Source: Tepidisphaera sp.
GTDB taxonomy: Bacteria > Planctomycetota > Phycisphaerae > Phycisphaerales > UBA1924
Direction of reading: 5' to 3'
Length of the DNA: 64,000 bases
NCBI GenBank assembly: GCA_050916045.1
Contig: CP051526.1
Location: 3,936,001 to 4,000,000 of the forward strand
Position numbers and translations under genes: made by a program. The notes under the pieces are model-generated. The model saw only the letters and a list, made by a program, of their open reading frames with translations, was not told the origin of the DNA and did no database searches. This document shows, one piece after another, positions 1 to 12,451 of this stretch. Each line of letters starts with the position of its first letter. Position 1 is the first letter of the stretch.

Positions 1-2142
<2,142 letters not shown>

Positions 2143-2436
2143 GAAAGATCCCTTCTTCGCTCGCCGCAACTGCGGCGGTGGCAACGGCTTGCGAGACATG
2201 TGTGTTCCGAAACACGGCGTCTCGTTGCATCAACAGACCTCGGTCTGTTCGTAGAACGATCGGTACCATGGCCGAGCGTTCCAACAAGGGGAATCTTAGG
2301 AAGGTCGTGGACTCGGGACGAATTCGAAGAGGCTTTGCCCGAGCCGATTCCACCTACCCTGAACATTGTGTCGGTGTTTCATGCGTCAACCCCCGCTCGC
2401 GCACGCCCGCTCGATCACGAACGCACCCCTGAACAA

Positions 2437-3717
2437 GTGATTCTTGAGTGGCCGTCGGACTTGCCTCTCGCCGCATTCGGCGTCGGGGGCGCTTCACCGT
2501 GGTCGCGCTGGGCGGTGCTCGCGGTGCCATCGCGGACGGTGCGGTGCGCCCGGGGCGTGTCGCCGACGGCCGCTCTGGAGCAGGTCTTCGGCGGGCCGGT
2601 GACGGGTGTCGCCGAGGGCGAGCCGCCGTTTCTCGGCGGGTGGATCGGGTGGCTGGGATACGAACTTGGCGCGGAACTTGAGCCGAAAGCGGCGTCGCGT
2701 CCGCTCGGAAAGGACGACCGCGGGTGGCCGACCCTCGTCTTTCACCGCTGCGACACCGCGTGGTGCTTTGACAAGCTTGAGCGGCGCTGGTGGATGACGG
2801 GAGCCGTGCCTGGCGACCTGCCCCGGGGCGGCGACCCACGAACGGCCGCTCCTCTGTCGCCGATGCTCACTCCGGCGATCGGTGCCCGCGAGCGGTACGA
2901 GGGGGCGGTGTCACGGGCCCGCGAGTACATCCGCGCGGGCGACATCTACCAGGTCAATCTGGCTCACCGGCTTTCATGCGCGTTCAAAGGAGACCCTCTG
3001 GCCCTGATGCCGGGGCTGATCCGCGCGGCCGAGCCGTGGTTTGGCGCGTGGGTCGCGGATGAGCATGCGGGCAAGCGGAACGCGGTGATCTCGGCGAGCC
3101 CCGAGCTTCTTTTCCGGTTCCAAGCCGCGACGCGCACGCTCACCACCAGACCGATGAAGGGCACGAGACCCGCGGGCGAGACGAGAGCGCTCGAAGCCTC
3201 GCTCAAGGATCGCGCCGAGCTTGCGATGATCGTCGACCTGATGCGCAACGACCTGGGGCGGGTGTGCTCGTTCGGTTCCGTCCGCGTGGATGAGCCGCGC
3301 GTGATCGAATCGCACGGTCGGGCGGGGGCGAGCGTGCTTCAGGCGGTTTCGAGCGTGTCGGGACGGCTACGGGAGTCTCTGTCCCTCGTCGATGTGGTCC
3401 GGGCGGTCTTTCCGGGGGGGAGCATCACCGGCGCTCCCAAGATCCGCGCGATGCAGATCATCGAGGAGCTCGACGAAGCCGCTCGCGGGCCGTACTGCGG
3501 CGCGGTCGGGTATGTGAGTGATTCCGGCGATGCGTGCTTCAACGTCGCGATCCGCACGCTCGCGATCTCGGGGGAAGCCGGTCCGGGACGCACGATCAGC
3601 CGCGGCGTGGCGGACTACTGGGTCGGCGCGGGGATCGTGGCGGACAGCGATCCGGCGGCGGAATGGGAGGAGACGCTTGTGAAAGCGTCGCCGATCCGCG
3701 CGGCGTTCGGAGGGTGA
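2437..3717 (+). CDS. pabB: Chorismate-binding enzyme: aminodeoxychorismate synthase component I / anthranilate synthase component I family
   Basis: GGWIGWLGYE, GDIYQVNL, SPELL, RPMKGT, AELAMIVDLMRNDLGRV, FPGGSITGAPKIRAMQII. Start uncertain: the ORF is open from 2200; GTG 2437 chosen. pabB versus trpE not firmly resolved. Confidence 0.8.
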   Translation: MILEWPSDLPLAAFGVGGASPWSRWAVLAVPSRTVRCARGVSPTAALEQVFGGPVTGVAEGEPPFLGGWIGWLGYELGAELEPKAASRPLGKDDRGWPTLVFHRCDTAWCFDKLERRWWMTGAVPGDLPRGGDPRTAAPLSPMLTPAIGARERYEGAVSRAREYIRAGDIYQVNLAHRLSCAFKGDPLALMPGLIRAAEPWFGAWVADEHAGKRNAVISASPELLFRFQAATRTLTTRPMKGTRPAGETRALEASLKDRAELAMIVDLMRNDLGRVCSFGSVRVDEPRVIESHGRAGASVLQAVSSVSGRLRESLSLVDVVRAVFPGGSITGAPKIRAMQIIEELDEAARGPYCGAVGYVSDSGDACFNVAIRTLAISGEAGPGRTISRGVADYWVGAGIVADSDPAAEWEETLVKASPIRAAFGG

Positions 3718-3748
3718 CGCCGCGGGGTCTAGGATTGTCGGATCACGC

Positions 3749-3832
3749 GCGGGCGTGGCGGAACTGGCAGACGCGCGGGACTTAGGATCCCGTGGCCGAA
3801 AGGCTTTGCAGGTTCGATTCCTGTCGCCCGCA
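3749..3832 (+). tRNA. tRNA-Leu(TAG), CCA not encoded
   Basis: Acceptor stem GCGGGCG/CGCCCGC plus discriminator A; D-arm with GGCAGA; anticodon arm CGGGA-CTTAGGA-TCCCG; long variable arm; T-arm GCAGG-TTCGATT-CCTGT. Confidence 0.97.
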
Positions 3833-3840
3833 TTTCGCGA

Positions 3841-6198
3841 TCAGCAACCGGCTTCGAAAGCCCGGATGAACGCTTCGTAGTCGTTGAGGTTCACCAGCCG
3901 GTCGCCGGTGAGGTCGGCGCGGGGGTCGCCCGCTTCGTAGGCGGTGATGAAGTCGATGTGGTCGAAGAAGTCGACGAACCCGTCGTCGTTGGCGTCGGCG
4001 GGTGTGGTGTGCTGGAGCGTCGGCCTGGGCATGAGGATCACCCGGCGGCTTGCGGTCGTCGCCGTGATGTCAAAGCGTGCATCGCCGCAGCCGCGGCCGC
4101 TGCGAACGGTGATGTCGAAGACGCCCGCGGAGGGAGAGGTGACGCTTTCGGCGCTCGCACCTTCGCCGCCGGCACCGCCGGCGCGTTCGAGGATGACGCT
4201 TGCGTTCTCAGTGACGGTCGCGCCGCGCCAATCGCGGAGCGTAACGCGGAGCGTGCGCCGCGCGACACCGTCGGCGGGGACGTCGCTCCGAGGGAGCCAT
4301 TCGGCGACGCTTGTGACGGCGTCGGGCTCGCCGATGAGGTCCTCGCGCCACGCGTCGTAGAGCCCGCGAAGCTGGAAGACCGGGTCGGGGTCGCTCCGCT
4401 GCTGGTTGGCGATGTTGAACTCCATGAACCCCGAACCCGACGCGCAACCGGCGTTCTCGAAGTTCGGAAGCCGTCCCGGGCCCGCGAGGTTGGTCATGGT
4501 GACAACCGTCCCCCCGCCGGTGGAGTACAGCACGTCCAGGTCGCCGTCGGCGTCCATGTCGATCGCGTTCAAGCGGTTGGGCGTGAAGCCTGCTTGCCAG
4601 AAGCCCGAAGCCGTGAAGACGCCGCTTCCGGACCCGCGGAAGAGGGCGATGCGGCCGGAGCTGGATGCGGTGAGAAGGTCGATGATGCCGTCGCCGTCGA
4701 TGTCGGCGGCGTCCAGACCCGCAAGGGTGCCGATGTTGGTGAGGGCGATGTCCGATGCTTGATTGGCGGGGTCGCGGATGATGGTGATGATCGATCCGGC
4801 GGCGAACAGAACGTCCGCTCGCCCGTCGCCCGTCACGTCGCGCACGAGCAGCGACGTGACCACCGCGGGCAGGCCGGTCCGCAAGGGCTGGAGCGTGAAT
4901 CCGCCGACGCCGTCTCCGATGAGACTCTGAAGCGTGCGGGATCCGCCGGCGTGCGCCGTGACGAGATCCGTGCGACCGTCGCCGCTCACATCTCCGGCCG
5001 CGAGCAGCGTGGCGTTGGCAGGGACGGCGAACCGGGTCTGTGCCGCGAAGGTGCCGTCGCCGACTCCGAGGAGCACCGACACGTCGTTGGACGACAGGTT
5101 CAGCGTCACGATGTCAAGCCCGGCCGCTCCGTTGATGTCCGCGGTCACGATCGGCCCGGGGTTGTCGCCCGCCGGAAAGACCGACGCCGTGGAAAAGCTC
5201 GGCGGGCCGCCGCCCGGGTTGCGCCGGAGGTACACCACGCGGTCTGTCGTTCCCAGACAGCCGACCATGTCCATCAGGCCGTCGGAGTTCGCGTCGATCG
5301 CGGTGAGGCCGCGGATCGCTCCGCCGCCGGGGCTGAACGTCGTGTCCGCGAAGCGAAGCACATCGGCTTCGGAGGTGTTGAGGAGCGAGACGAGGCCCGG
5401 CGGCGAGCCCTGCACGCCGAGAAAGACGTCGGGCTTGCCGTCGGAGGTCGCGTCGAAGATCACCGGTGGCGTCGCGCCGGACTGCGTGCGATAGACGCCG
5501 CGACAGCTCCACACGTCGCCCGCGCGGGCGATGAGCATGTACGCGATGTCCGCGCTCTTGGTAAAGGTCGGGGGCGGCGCCCCGCACCCATCGGCGTCGT
5601 TGGGATTGCAGGAGCAGCGACCATCTCCGCCCATCGACCGGGCCGCTTCCATCGCCGCCATCAGCTTGGCCGCGACATCACCGGGCGTCGTCTCGATCGC
5701 GATGACCGCGCGGTCAACGACGGGCGGGCCGGTGAGGACGTTGCCCTGCACGGCGTAGACGAGGTCGCCAACGCGGCCGGTGCGCCCGCCGGCCCAGGCA
5801 CCGGCTCCGGTTCCCGAGAAGGTGAGCGTGCCGCCGCGGGTATCCGCGATGCCGTATTGCCGCGTCTGGTGCCCGCTATCCCGCGCGGCGAGACCCGCGA
5901 GGATGGCTTCCATCGAATCGCCGGCGAGAAGCCGGTCGCGGATGTAGGTGCGGTTGAGGCCGGCGGCGTCGACGAACGACTGCGCCGTGGCCGCCCCGAC
6001 GCCGGTGATGAGAACCGGCGTGTTGGCTTGGAGGTCAAATCCGGTCAGGCAGGTCGCGGAGGCCGCCGCGACCTCTCCCGTGCGCACATCGATAATGATG
6101 ATCGACCAGGTGCCGCGGGCCGCGTCCACTGACGCGACCAGACCCGCGACCGCTCCGAGCACCGCTCCCGACCACGGCCCGATCCTGAAACGACCCAT
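3841..6198 (-). CDS. Secreted DUF1028 (Ntn-hydrolase-like) + FG-GAP/VCBS repeats + Ig-like segment + GC-type dockerin protein
   Basis: Signal peptide followed by TWSIIIIDVRTGEVAAASAT (DUF1028-like start); about 7 DxxxDGxxD repeats; C-terminus ADANDDGFVDFFD...ADLTGDRLVNLNDYEAFIRAFEAGC. Confidence 0.85.
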   Translation of the reverse strand: MGRFRIGPWSGAVLGAVAGLVASVDAARGTWSIIIIDVRTGEVAAASATCLTGFDLQANTPVLITGVGAATAQSFVDAAGLNRTYIRDRLLAGDSMEAILAGLAARDSGHQTRQYGIADTRGGTLTFSGTGAGAWAGGRTGRVGDLVYAVQGNVLTGPPVVDRAVIAIETTPGDVAAKLMAAMEAARSMGGDGRCSCNPNDADGCGAPPPTFTKSADIAYMLIARAGDVWSCRGVYRTQSGATPPVIFDATSDGKPDVFLGVQGSPPGLVSLLNTSEADVLRFADTTFSPGGGAIRGLTAIDANSDGLMDMVGCLGTTDRVVYLRRNPGGGPPSFSTASVFPAGDNPGPIVTADINGAAGLDIVTLNLSSNDVSVLLGVGDGTFAAQTRFAVPANATLLAAGDVSGDGRTDLVTAHAGGSRTLQSLIGDGVGGFTLQPLRTGLPAVVTSLLVRDVTGDGRADVLFAAGSIITIIRDPANQASDIALTNIGTLAGLDAADIDGDGIIDLLTASSSGRIALFRGSGSGVFTASGFWQAGFTPNRLNAIDMDADGDLDVLYSTGGGTVVTMTNLAGPGRLPNFENAGCASGSGFMEFNIANQQRSDPDPVFQLRGLYDAWREDLIGEPDAVTSVAEWLPRSDVPADGVARRTLRVTLRDWRGATVTENASVILERAGGAGGEGASAESVTSPSAGVFDITVRSGRGCGDARFDITATTASRRVILMPRPTLQHTTPADANDDGFVDFFDHIDFITAYEAGDPRADLTGDRLVNLNDYEAFIRAFEAGC

Positions 6199-6232
6199 TC
6201 GTGATTCTCCCTCGCCCGCTGGGCGAACACCT

Positions 6233-6241
6233 GTTATACCA
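6233..6241 (-). promoter_or_regulatory. Extended -10 element (TG-G-TATAAC) for the DUF1028 gene
   Basis: Minus strand reads TGGTATAAC about 35 nt upstream of ATG 6198, followed by a GGGAGA Shine-Dalgarno-like sequence. Confidence 0.5.
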
Positions 6242-6350
6242 CAGAAACCTCGGAACTCCGCCGGAAAGTTGAGCCAAGGGGCGAGTTCCCATAATGCGGT
6301 ATGCTCCCCGGGTGCCCACGCTTGAACCTGACCACCTGCTGGAGGTTTCC

Positions 6351-7112
6351 ATGCCCCTTCGATACGTTGTTTCGGTTGGATGCACCGTCGCGATCACCCT
6401 GATTCTCGGGGCGTGCGCTCATGCCCCGGCGGTTTCGCCCGCCGAGTCTCTGGCGGTCGCGCCGACATGCAAAGCTCTGGTTCCCGAGTTTCACACGGGC
6501 ACCGAGGCGCGGCACGAACGCTTCAACGCGATCTCCAAGGAGGGCAAAGCCCGGGTCGTCTTCCTCGGGGACTCGATCACGCAGGGGTGGGAAGGGCCGG
6601 GTCGGGCCGTCTGGACGGAGAAGTTTGAGCCGCTCGGCGCGGCGAACTTCGGCATCAGCGGGGATCGGACCGAGCACGTGCTTTGGCGGCTGGAGCACGG
6701 GAACTTTGACGGGCTCAAGCCCGAGTTGATCGTGGTGATGATCGGGACCAACAACACGGGCCATCGCAAGGACCCGTCGGCGGAGACGGCCGCCGGGGTG
6801 CTCACGATTGTCGAGAAGCTTCAGGCCAAGTGCCCGGATGCGAGGATCCTGCTGCTTGCGATCTTCCCTCGCGGCGAGACCAAGAGTGATCCGCTCCGCG
6901 TGCTGAACGACGGGGCCAACGCGCTGGTTCGCGAGCGGGTCGACGGCAAGCGGGTGGTCTGGCTTGATGTCGGCGACAAGTACCTGAACGCGGATGGCAC
7001 GATGAAGAAAGACCTCATGCCCGACGTGCTTCACCCCAACGAGAAGGGGTACGTCGTGTGGGGCGAGGCGATCGAGGGCAAGGTGCGGTCGATGCTCGGC
7101 GACGCGCGTTAA
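6351..7112 (+). CDS. GDSL/SGNH hydrolase (PAF-acetylhydrolase IB-like), exported
   Basis: FLGDSIT, GISGDRT, IGTNN and DVLHPN blocks; GGAGG before ATG 6351; hydrophobic N-terminus with LGAC. Confidence 0.92.
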   Translation: MPLRYVVSVGCTVAITLILGACAHAPAVSPAESLAVAPTCKALVPEFHTGTEARHERFNAISKEGKARVVFLGDSITQGWEGPGRAVWTEKFEPLGAANFGISGDRTEHVLWRLEHGNFDGLKPELIVVMIGTNNTGHRKDPSAETAAGVLTIVEKLQAKCPDARILLLAIFPRGETKSDPLRVLNDGANALVRERVDGKRVVWLDVGDKYLNADGTMKKDLMPDVLHPNEKGYVVWGEAIEGKVRSMLGDAR

Positions 7113-8884
7113 CGGGGCGCGGGCTCGGCGGGTGCCGGTAGCGGTTCTGGGCCTTGGCCGCGGACGGCCGGGGGGAGTTCCTCGACGGGCGTTGCTTGCT
7201 TGGGATCAGGCGAAGGAGCGGGCTCGAAGGAGACCTTGGAAGCTCCGAGCAGGGTACCGGTGGCAAACGCGAGGTCAACCTGAGCGATCTGGTAGTCGGT
7301 GATCGCGCGGATCTCGGCGAGCTGGGCTTCGGCGAGGCGTGTGGACGCGTCGAGGACGTCGGTGCTGGTCGATCGGGAAACGTCGAACTGCCGCTGCTCG
7401 GCTTTGAGCGTGCGTGTGTTGAGCACGACGGCCTGGCGGCTGGCGAGGATGCGCTGCCAAGCGGCGTCGAGCTGGTCGATCGCGGCGAGGACCTCCTGCG
7501 TGATGGCGAGACGGCGGGCTTCCTTGGTCGCGAGTCGCTGGAGGCGCGAGAGGATGGCCTGCCGGACGCGGGCACGGGCTTCCTCGTTGTCGAAGGGGAT
7601 CTCGGCGGTGAGGCCGATGGTCCAGTCCTGGAATTCGGCGTCGTTGAGCTGGCGGTACGCGTCCTGGGATGAGGCTCCAAGGCCGTTGAGCCGGTACGAG
7701 TAGTCGAGCGAGAGGAGTGGCAGGGCGCGGTTCTTCTGAACGCCGATGGTCGCGGCGTCGGCGGCGATCTGAAGCTCGAGCTCGAGCATTTCCATCCGGT
7801 TCTCGAGGGCTTTGGCGACGAGCGCGGGCGGGTCGAAAGCGAACTCGGCGGGGTCGGGGGGCGTGGCGGGGACGATGAGGGTCCGTGTCTCGACGGGCAG
7901 GCCGGGCTCGTTGATGATGGCTTTGAGCTCGCGCTGCTGCGTGAGGACCTCGTTCTGGGCGATGATGATGGCTTCGAGCTGTTCGGCGACGCCGGCTTCG
8001 GCGCGGACGGTCTCGATCTCGGCGGCGGCACCGCCACGGACGCGTCGGGTGGCGCGGCCGAGCTGTTCGGAAGCGAGCTCGTACTGCTGCTGGCGGACCT
8101 CGAGCTGCTTGCGGGCGGAGTAAAGGCGCCAGTAGGATCGGTCGACGGCGGCGAGCTGACGGATGACCTCGAGCTTGGTGCGGGCTTCGGAAGCTTGCTG
8201 GTTGTACGAAGCGATGCGGATCGCGGCGGTGTTGGCTCGACGGCCGGCGTCGCGGAGGAGAGGCTGGCTGACCGAGAACGCGAAATCGGAGGAGTACGCG
8301 GGGTTGAGGGTCGAGAACTGGTTGTTGTCGCCGGACTTGTTCCACGGCGCGTTGACGACGACGGTGCCGCCCGTTCGGAGCGGGATGCGGACGCCGGGAT
8401 CGAAGCGGAGCTGCTGGGACTGAGCCGAGACAAGCTGGGATGAGGTCGGCTGGTTGAAGTCGGCGTAGCTGCCCGAGAGGGTGAAGACGGAGTTGAACCG
8501 CGACTCCTCTTCGGAGAGACGCTCAAGGCCGAGTGCGGGATCAAACTTGGCGACCTGGAGGTCGAGGTTGTGAGCGAGGGCGCTCATGCGGGCTCGTTCG
8601 AGATCGAGGTTGACGGCTTCGGCGCCCTCGAATCGCTGCTTGATCGCGGCGAGGGTCGCGTCGCTCGCGGCCTGGGGCGATTCGGCGGCGGGAGCGGGTT
8701 CGGACTTGGGCCGGAGGTAAGGGGCGAGGCTGACGCGGTCGACGTCGCGAAGGCGGTCGATCGCGGCTTTCTGGAACGACTGGTCGTCGTCGAAGAGACC
8801 CTGATTGCACCCGGCGAGGAGCGCGAGCGCGGGGGCGAGGACGAGGCACGCGGAGCGGGTTCGCAAGAGGTTCACCGTTGGCAT
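7109..8884 (-). CDS. TolC-family outer membrane efflux lipoprotein
   Basis: LAGC lipobox; two helical outer-membrane-efflux-type repeats; SQPLLRDAG; follows ABC exporter genes. Confidence 0.9.
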   Translation of the reverse strand: MPTVNLLRTRSACLVLAPALALLAGCNQGLFDDDQSFQKAAIDRLRDVDRVSLAPYLRPKSEPAPAAESPQAASDATLAAIKQRFEGAEAVNLDLERARMSALAHNLDLQVAKFDPALGLERLSEEESRFNSVFTLSGSYADFNQPTSSQLVSAQSQQLRFDPGVRIPLRTGGTVVVNAPWNKSGDNNQFSTLNPAYSSDFAFSVSQPLLRDAGRRANTAAIRIASYNQQASEARTKLEVIRQLAAVDRSYWRLYSARKQLEVRQQQYELASEQLGRATRRVRGGAAAEIETVRAEAGVAEQLEAIIIAQNEVLTQQRELKAIINEPGLPVETRTLIVPATPPDPAEFAFDPPALVAKALENRMEMLELELQIAADAATIGVQKNRALPLLSLDYSYRLNGLGASSQDAYRQLNDAEFQDWTIGLTAEIPFDNEEARARVRQAILSRLQRLATKEARRLAITQEVLAAIDQLDAAWQRILASRQAVVLNTRTLKAEQRQFDVSRSTSTDVLDASTRLAEAQLAEIRAITDYQIAQVDLAFATGTLLGASKVSFEPAPSPDPKQATPVEELPPAVRGQGPEPLPAPAEPAPR

Positions 8885-8903
8885 GGGGGAAAGCTCGGAC
8901 GGG

Positions 8904-10151
8904 TCAGTCGTGGCGGAGGGCGTCGATGGGGTTGAGGCGGGCGGCTTTGATCGCGGGGAACATGCCGAAGACGACGCCGATGAACGCGGAGAAGCCGACG
9001 GACAGGATGATGGCCCACATGGGGATCGAAGCCATCTTGAGCGCTTCGATCGAGGTCATGTTCATACCAAGGACGATCAGTTGTCCGAGCAGCAGGCCGA
9101 GGCCGCCGCCGCAGAGGCAGAGGGTGACGGCTTCGATGAGGAACTGGAGCAGCACGACCTCGGGCCGCGCGCCGAGGGCTTTGCGGAGGCCGATCTCGCG
9201 GGTGCGTTCGGAGACGGAGACGAGCATGATGTTCATGATGCCGATGCCGCCGACGAGGAGGGAGATGCTGACGATGATGGCGGCGCCGGCGGTGATGGTG
9301 TAGGCGAGACGGTTGAACTGATCGATGAACGACTGAAGCACGTTGACCTGGAAGTTGTCCTCCTGGCCTGGCTCGAGTTCGCGGAGCTTTCGCAGCATGA
9401 ACCCGATCTCGGCTTTGGCTTCGTCGGCCATGTCGGGGGTCGCGAGTTCGCCAAGCAGGAAATTGACGTGCTTGCGCTCGGGGTTGAAAGCCATGGCGAC
9501 CGAAAGCGGGATGTAGACCTCGCCCTGGCTTTCGCCACCGCCGCCGAACATGGCGCTCTGGTCCTTGGTTTCGACCACGCCGACGATGTTGAAACGACGC
9601 CCGTTGATGCGGATGGGCGTGTTGGCGGGTTCCTTGTTGAGTCCGAGGAGCTCGATCAGCTTGTCGTTGACGAGACAGACGGCGAGCCTCTGGTCTTCGT
9701 CGATGGAGTTGAAGGGGCGGCCCGAGGTGACGGTGCGGGCTTCGATGTCGTGCCAGGTCGGCCAGATGCCGGTGGTCTGGACGAGGCTGACCTTCTGGTC
9801 GCCGTACTCGATGTCGAAGGAGCCGAAGTAGAGCGGGGTGAACTTCGAGCAGGTCTTCGAGTTCTTGACGATGTGGTTGACCTCTCGCATGTTGAGTTCG
9901 GACTTCCACCACGGGATTCGCCCGCGCTTGGCGCGAGGGACGAACCCGTCGATGTAGACCTTCTTGGCTCCGAAGGTCTCGAACTCCTTGAGGATGGAGG
10001 ATCGCAGGCCCCCCACCGCCGCGACGATGACGATCACGGCGGCGACGCCGATGATGATGCCAAGGGTGGTCAGCATCGCGCGGACCTTGTTGGCCCAGAT
10101 CTGGCGGAGCGCGGTCATGACCGTCTGGACAAAGAGAAGGATCAGCGTCAT
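8904..10151 (-). CDS. ABC transporter permease, MacB/FtsX family
   Basis: [60 protein letters not shown]. Confidence 0.95.
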   Translation of the reverse strand: MTLILLFVQTVMTALRQIWANKVRAMLTTLGIIIGVAAVIVIVAAVGGLRSSILKEFETFGAKKVYIDGFVPRAKRGRIPWWKSELNMREVNHIVKNSKTCSKFTPLYFGSFDIEYGDQKVSLVQTTGIWPTWHDIEARTVTSGRPFNSIDEDQRLAVCLVNDKLIELLGLNKEPANTPIRINGRRFNIVGVVETKDQSAMFGGGGESQGEVYIPLSVAMAFNPERKHVNFLLGELATPDMADEAKAEIGFMLRKLRELEPGQEDNFQVNVLQSFIDQFNRLAYTITAGAAIIVSISLLVGGIGIMNIMLVSVSERTREIGLRKALGARPEVVLLQFLIEAVTLCLCGGGLGLLLGQLIVLGMNMTSIEALKMASIPMWAIILSVGFSAFIGVVFGMFPAIKAARLNPIDALRHD

Positions 10152-10951
10152 CGGTTCGCCTCCGCGGGCTGGGGCGAGGACGCGAGCGTCTCGGCCATGT
10201 GCACGGCGTGGTCGGCGGCCGCTTTCAAGTACGCCTGGTGCGTCGGATCAGTATCGGTGGGGAAGTCGGAAACGATCTTGCCGTCGCGAAGTCGGACGAT
10301 CCGGGCGGCGTTGCCGGCGATGTCCTCTTCGTGGGTGACGATCACGATGGTCTGGCCTTCCGCGTGGAGCTGCTTGAAGAGCTTCATCACTTCGTCGCTG
10401 GTCTTGCTGTCAAGGTTGCCGGTGGGCTCGTCGGCGAGGAGGATCGCGGGGTTGGTGACCAGGGCCCTGGCGATCGCGACGCGCTGCCGCTGACCGCCCG
10501 AGAGCTGGTTGGGCCGGTGCTTCATGCGGTCGGCGAGCTTGACGCGTTCGAGGGACTTCTTCGCCATGGCGCGCGCGCCCCACCAGTACCTCGCGGAGTA
10601 GAGCAGGGGGAGCATCACGTTGCCGAGCGCGGTCATGCGGGGGAGCAGTTCAAAGCTCTGGAAGACGAACCCGATCTCCTCGTTGCGGACCTTGGAAAGA
10701 GCGCCGCTGGACATGCGGTGGGTCGGCTTGCCCGCGAGCTCGTAACTCCCCGCGGTGGGCCGGTCCAGGCAGCCGAGGATGTTCATCAGCGTGGACTTTC
10801 CCGAGCCGGAGGCGCCCATGATCGCGACGAACTCGTTGCGCTGGATGTCTAGATCGACGCCGGCGAGCGCGTGGACCTTCTCGCCACCGATGCGGTAGAC
10901 CTTGGTGAGGCCGCGGATGCGGATTGCCGGTGACGTCGTCGGCGCGCTCAT
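10148..10951 (-). CDS. ABC transporter ATP-binding protein, MacB/LolD family
   Basis: [38 protein letters not shown] overlaps with both neighbours. Confidence 0.96.
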   Translation of the reverse strand: MSAPTTSPAIRIRGLTKVYRIGGEKVHALAGVDLDIQRNEFVAIMGASGSGKSTLMNILGCLDRPTAGSYELAGKPTHRMSSGALSKVRNEEIGFVFQSFELLPRMTALGNVMLPLLYSARYWWGARAMAKKSLERVKLADRMKHRPNQLSGGQRQRVAIARALVTNPAILLADEPTGNLDSKTSDEVMKLFKQLHAEGQTIVIVTHEEDIAGNAARIVRLRDGKIVSDFPTDTDPTHQAYLKAAADHAVHMAETLASSPQPAEANR

Positions 10952-12345
10952 GGCGGGCCCCCGCTGGGCGTCCTGGCGTCGGCTCCCCCCCGTTCCTCAC
11001 CGGGCTTTTCCTCCGGCTTGGCGGGCGGCTTGCCACCGGTCTCTCCGACGGGCTCGTCGATCTTCTCGCGGACGGCCTGATCAGCTTTGAGTCCGATGAG
11101 GGAGCGGTAAGGACCGACGATGATGGTCTCATCACCGGTGAGGCCGGCGAGCACGACGGTGTCGGTGAGGTCGCTGGAGCCGACGGTGACGGGCAGCGGG
11201 ACTGCTTTGCCATCCTTGACGACGAACACGACGCGGGCGAACTTCTTGTTCTTGTCGACGATCGGGTTGTTTCTGATCGAAGCGGGCAGGTCCTCGACGG
11301 CGCGATCAAGGATCGCCTGGGTGGGCACCTTGATCACATCGCGGAGGGTTTCGACCTCGATGTCGACGTTGGAGAGCATGCCGCGCAGGCCGTTGTCCTT
11401 GGGCAGTTCAACGCGGATCTCCGTCTCGAAGTACGTGGTGCCGTCCTTGTCGAGCTGCTTGGTCGGGCGGACACGCTCGACCTCGCCCACGAACTCCTTG
11501 CCGGGGTAGGCGTTGATGAAGACGCGGCAGCGCTGACCGCCCGTGACGGGGGCAATGTTCGCTTCATCGACCTTGGCCTTCATCAGCATGTCGGAAAGGT
11601 CCGCGAGCTGCATGATGACCGATCCGGGATTGTTGAGGGTGCCGACGACGACAAGCTCGCCCACCTCGGCGTCCAGGTGCGTCACGATGCCGTCGATGGA
11701 AGCCTGAATCGTCGTGTTGCCGAGGTCCTTTTCGGCCCGCTTGATGTTGGCTTTGGCGATATCGATCTGGTTGAGGGTCTGCTCGTACGAGCTCTTGGCC
11801 TGCTCGTAGTTGGTCTTCATCGCTTCGAACTCGGAGAGCGACACGTCGTTGGTGTCCAGAAGCTCCTTCATCCGTCGCATCTCGCGCTCGGTGTTCTCCA
11901 TCGCGGCGCGGACGCCGACGAGTCGGGCTTGCTCGCTGGCGAGCTGGGCTTTGGAGGAATCGAGCGCGGCGACGAGGTCGTCGGCGTCGAGCCGGACGAG
12001 CACATCGCCCTTCTTGACGCGCTGTCCCTCGCGAGACAGCAGAGCGACGATCCGGGCGGAGACCTGCGCGGAGATGTCGACCTTGGTGCGCGGGTCGATC
12101 GAGCCGGGCGCGGAGATGGTGCGGATGAGGTCGCCGCGGCGCGGCTTCTCAAGCCGGACTTCGAGCGGCTTCATGCCGGGGTTGAACTGCTCCTGGAGGT
12201 CCTTGAGCTTGCCGCTCTTGGCGGCCCAGATCCCCCCGCCCACACACCCGCCCAAGATGACGAAGACGACAATGAGGGCGGTGATCCATTTCCACACGAG
12301 CGGGTTCTCCAGCGATCGTCCCGAAGTTCGGGCGTCCGGGGGCAT
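10948..12345 (-). CDS. Efflux periplasmic adaptor subunit (MacA/HlyD family)
   Basis: N-terminal TM; lipoyl-like [15 protein letters not shown]; coiled coil; [16 protein letters not shown]. Start 12345 or 12357. Confidence 0.93.
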   Translation of the reverse strand: MPPDARTSGRSLENPLVWKWITALIVVFVILGGCVGGGIWAAKSGKLKDLQEQFNPGMKPLEVRLEKPRRGDLIRTISAPGSIDPRTKVDISAQVSARIVALLSREGQRVKKGDVLVRLDADDLVAALDSSKAQLASEQARLVGVRAAMENTEREMRRMKELLDTNDVSLSEFEAMKTNYEQAKSSYEQTLNQIDIAKANIKRAEKDLGNTTIQASIDGIVTHLDAEVGELVVVGTLNNPGSVIMQLADLSDMLMKAKVDEANIAPVTGGQRCRVFINAYPGKEFVGEVERVRPTKQLDKDGTTYFETEIRVELPKDNGLRGMLSNVDIEVETLRDVIKVPTQAILDRAVEDLPASIRNNPIVDKNKKFARVVFVVKDGKAVPLPVTVGSSDLTDTVVLAGLTGDETIIVGPYRSLIGLKADQAVREKIDEPVGETGGKPPAKPEEKPGEERGGADARTPSGGPP

Positions 12346-12451
12346 TGTTGGGGGCACGCGCGGCCGGATTTCGAAGCCGAACTCCGCCGACCACGCTCCA
12401 CGCTGAATTCAAGCGTACACCGTCCCGTTCCCAAAGGTTGCAACAGCCGGA

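Noticed and set aside
3749..3900. tRNA-Leu as an integration site for an island
   Set aside because: No integrase, and I saw no duplicated tRNA 3' end elsewhere in the window.
6284..6311. dif-like sequence AGTTCCCATAATGCGGTATGC
   Set aside because: The left arm resembles an XerC site, but the spacer length and XerD arm do not fit; more likely a -10 element (CATAAT) for the GDSL gene.
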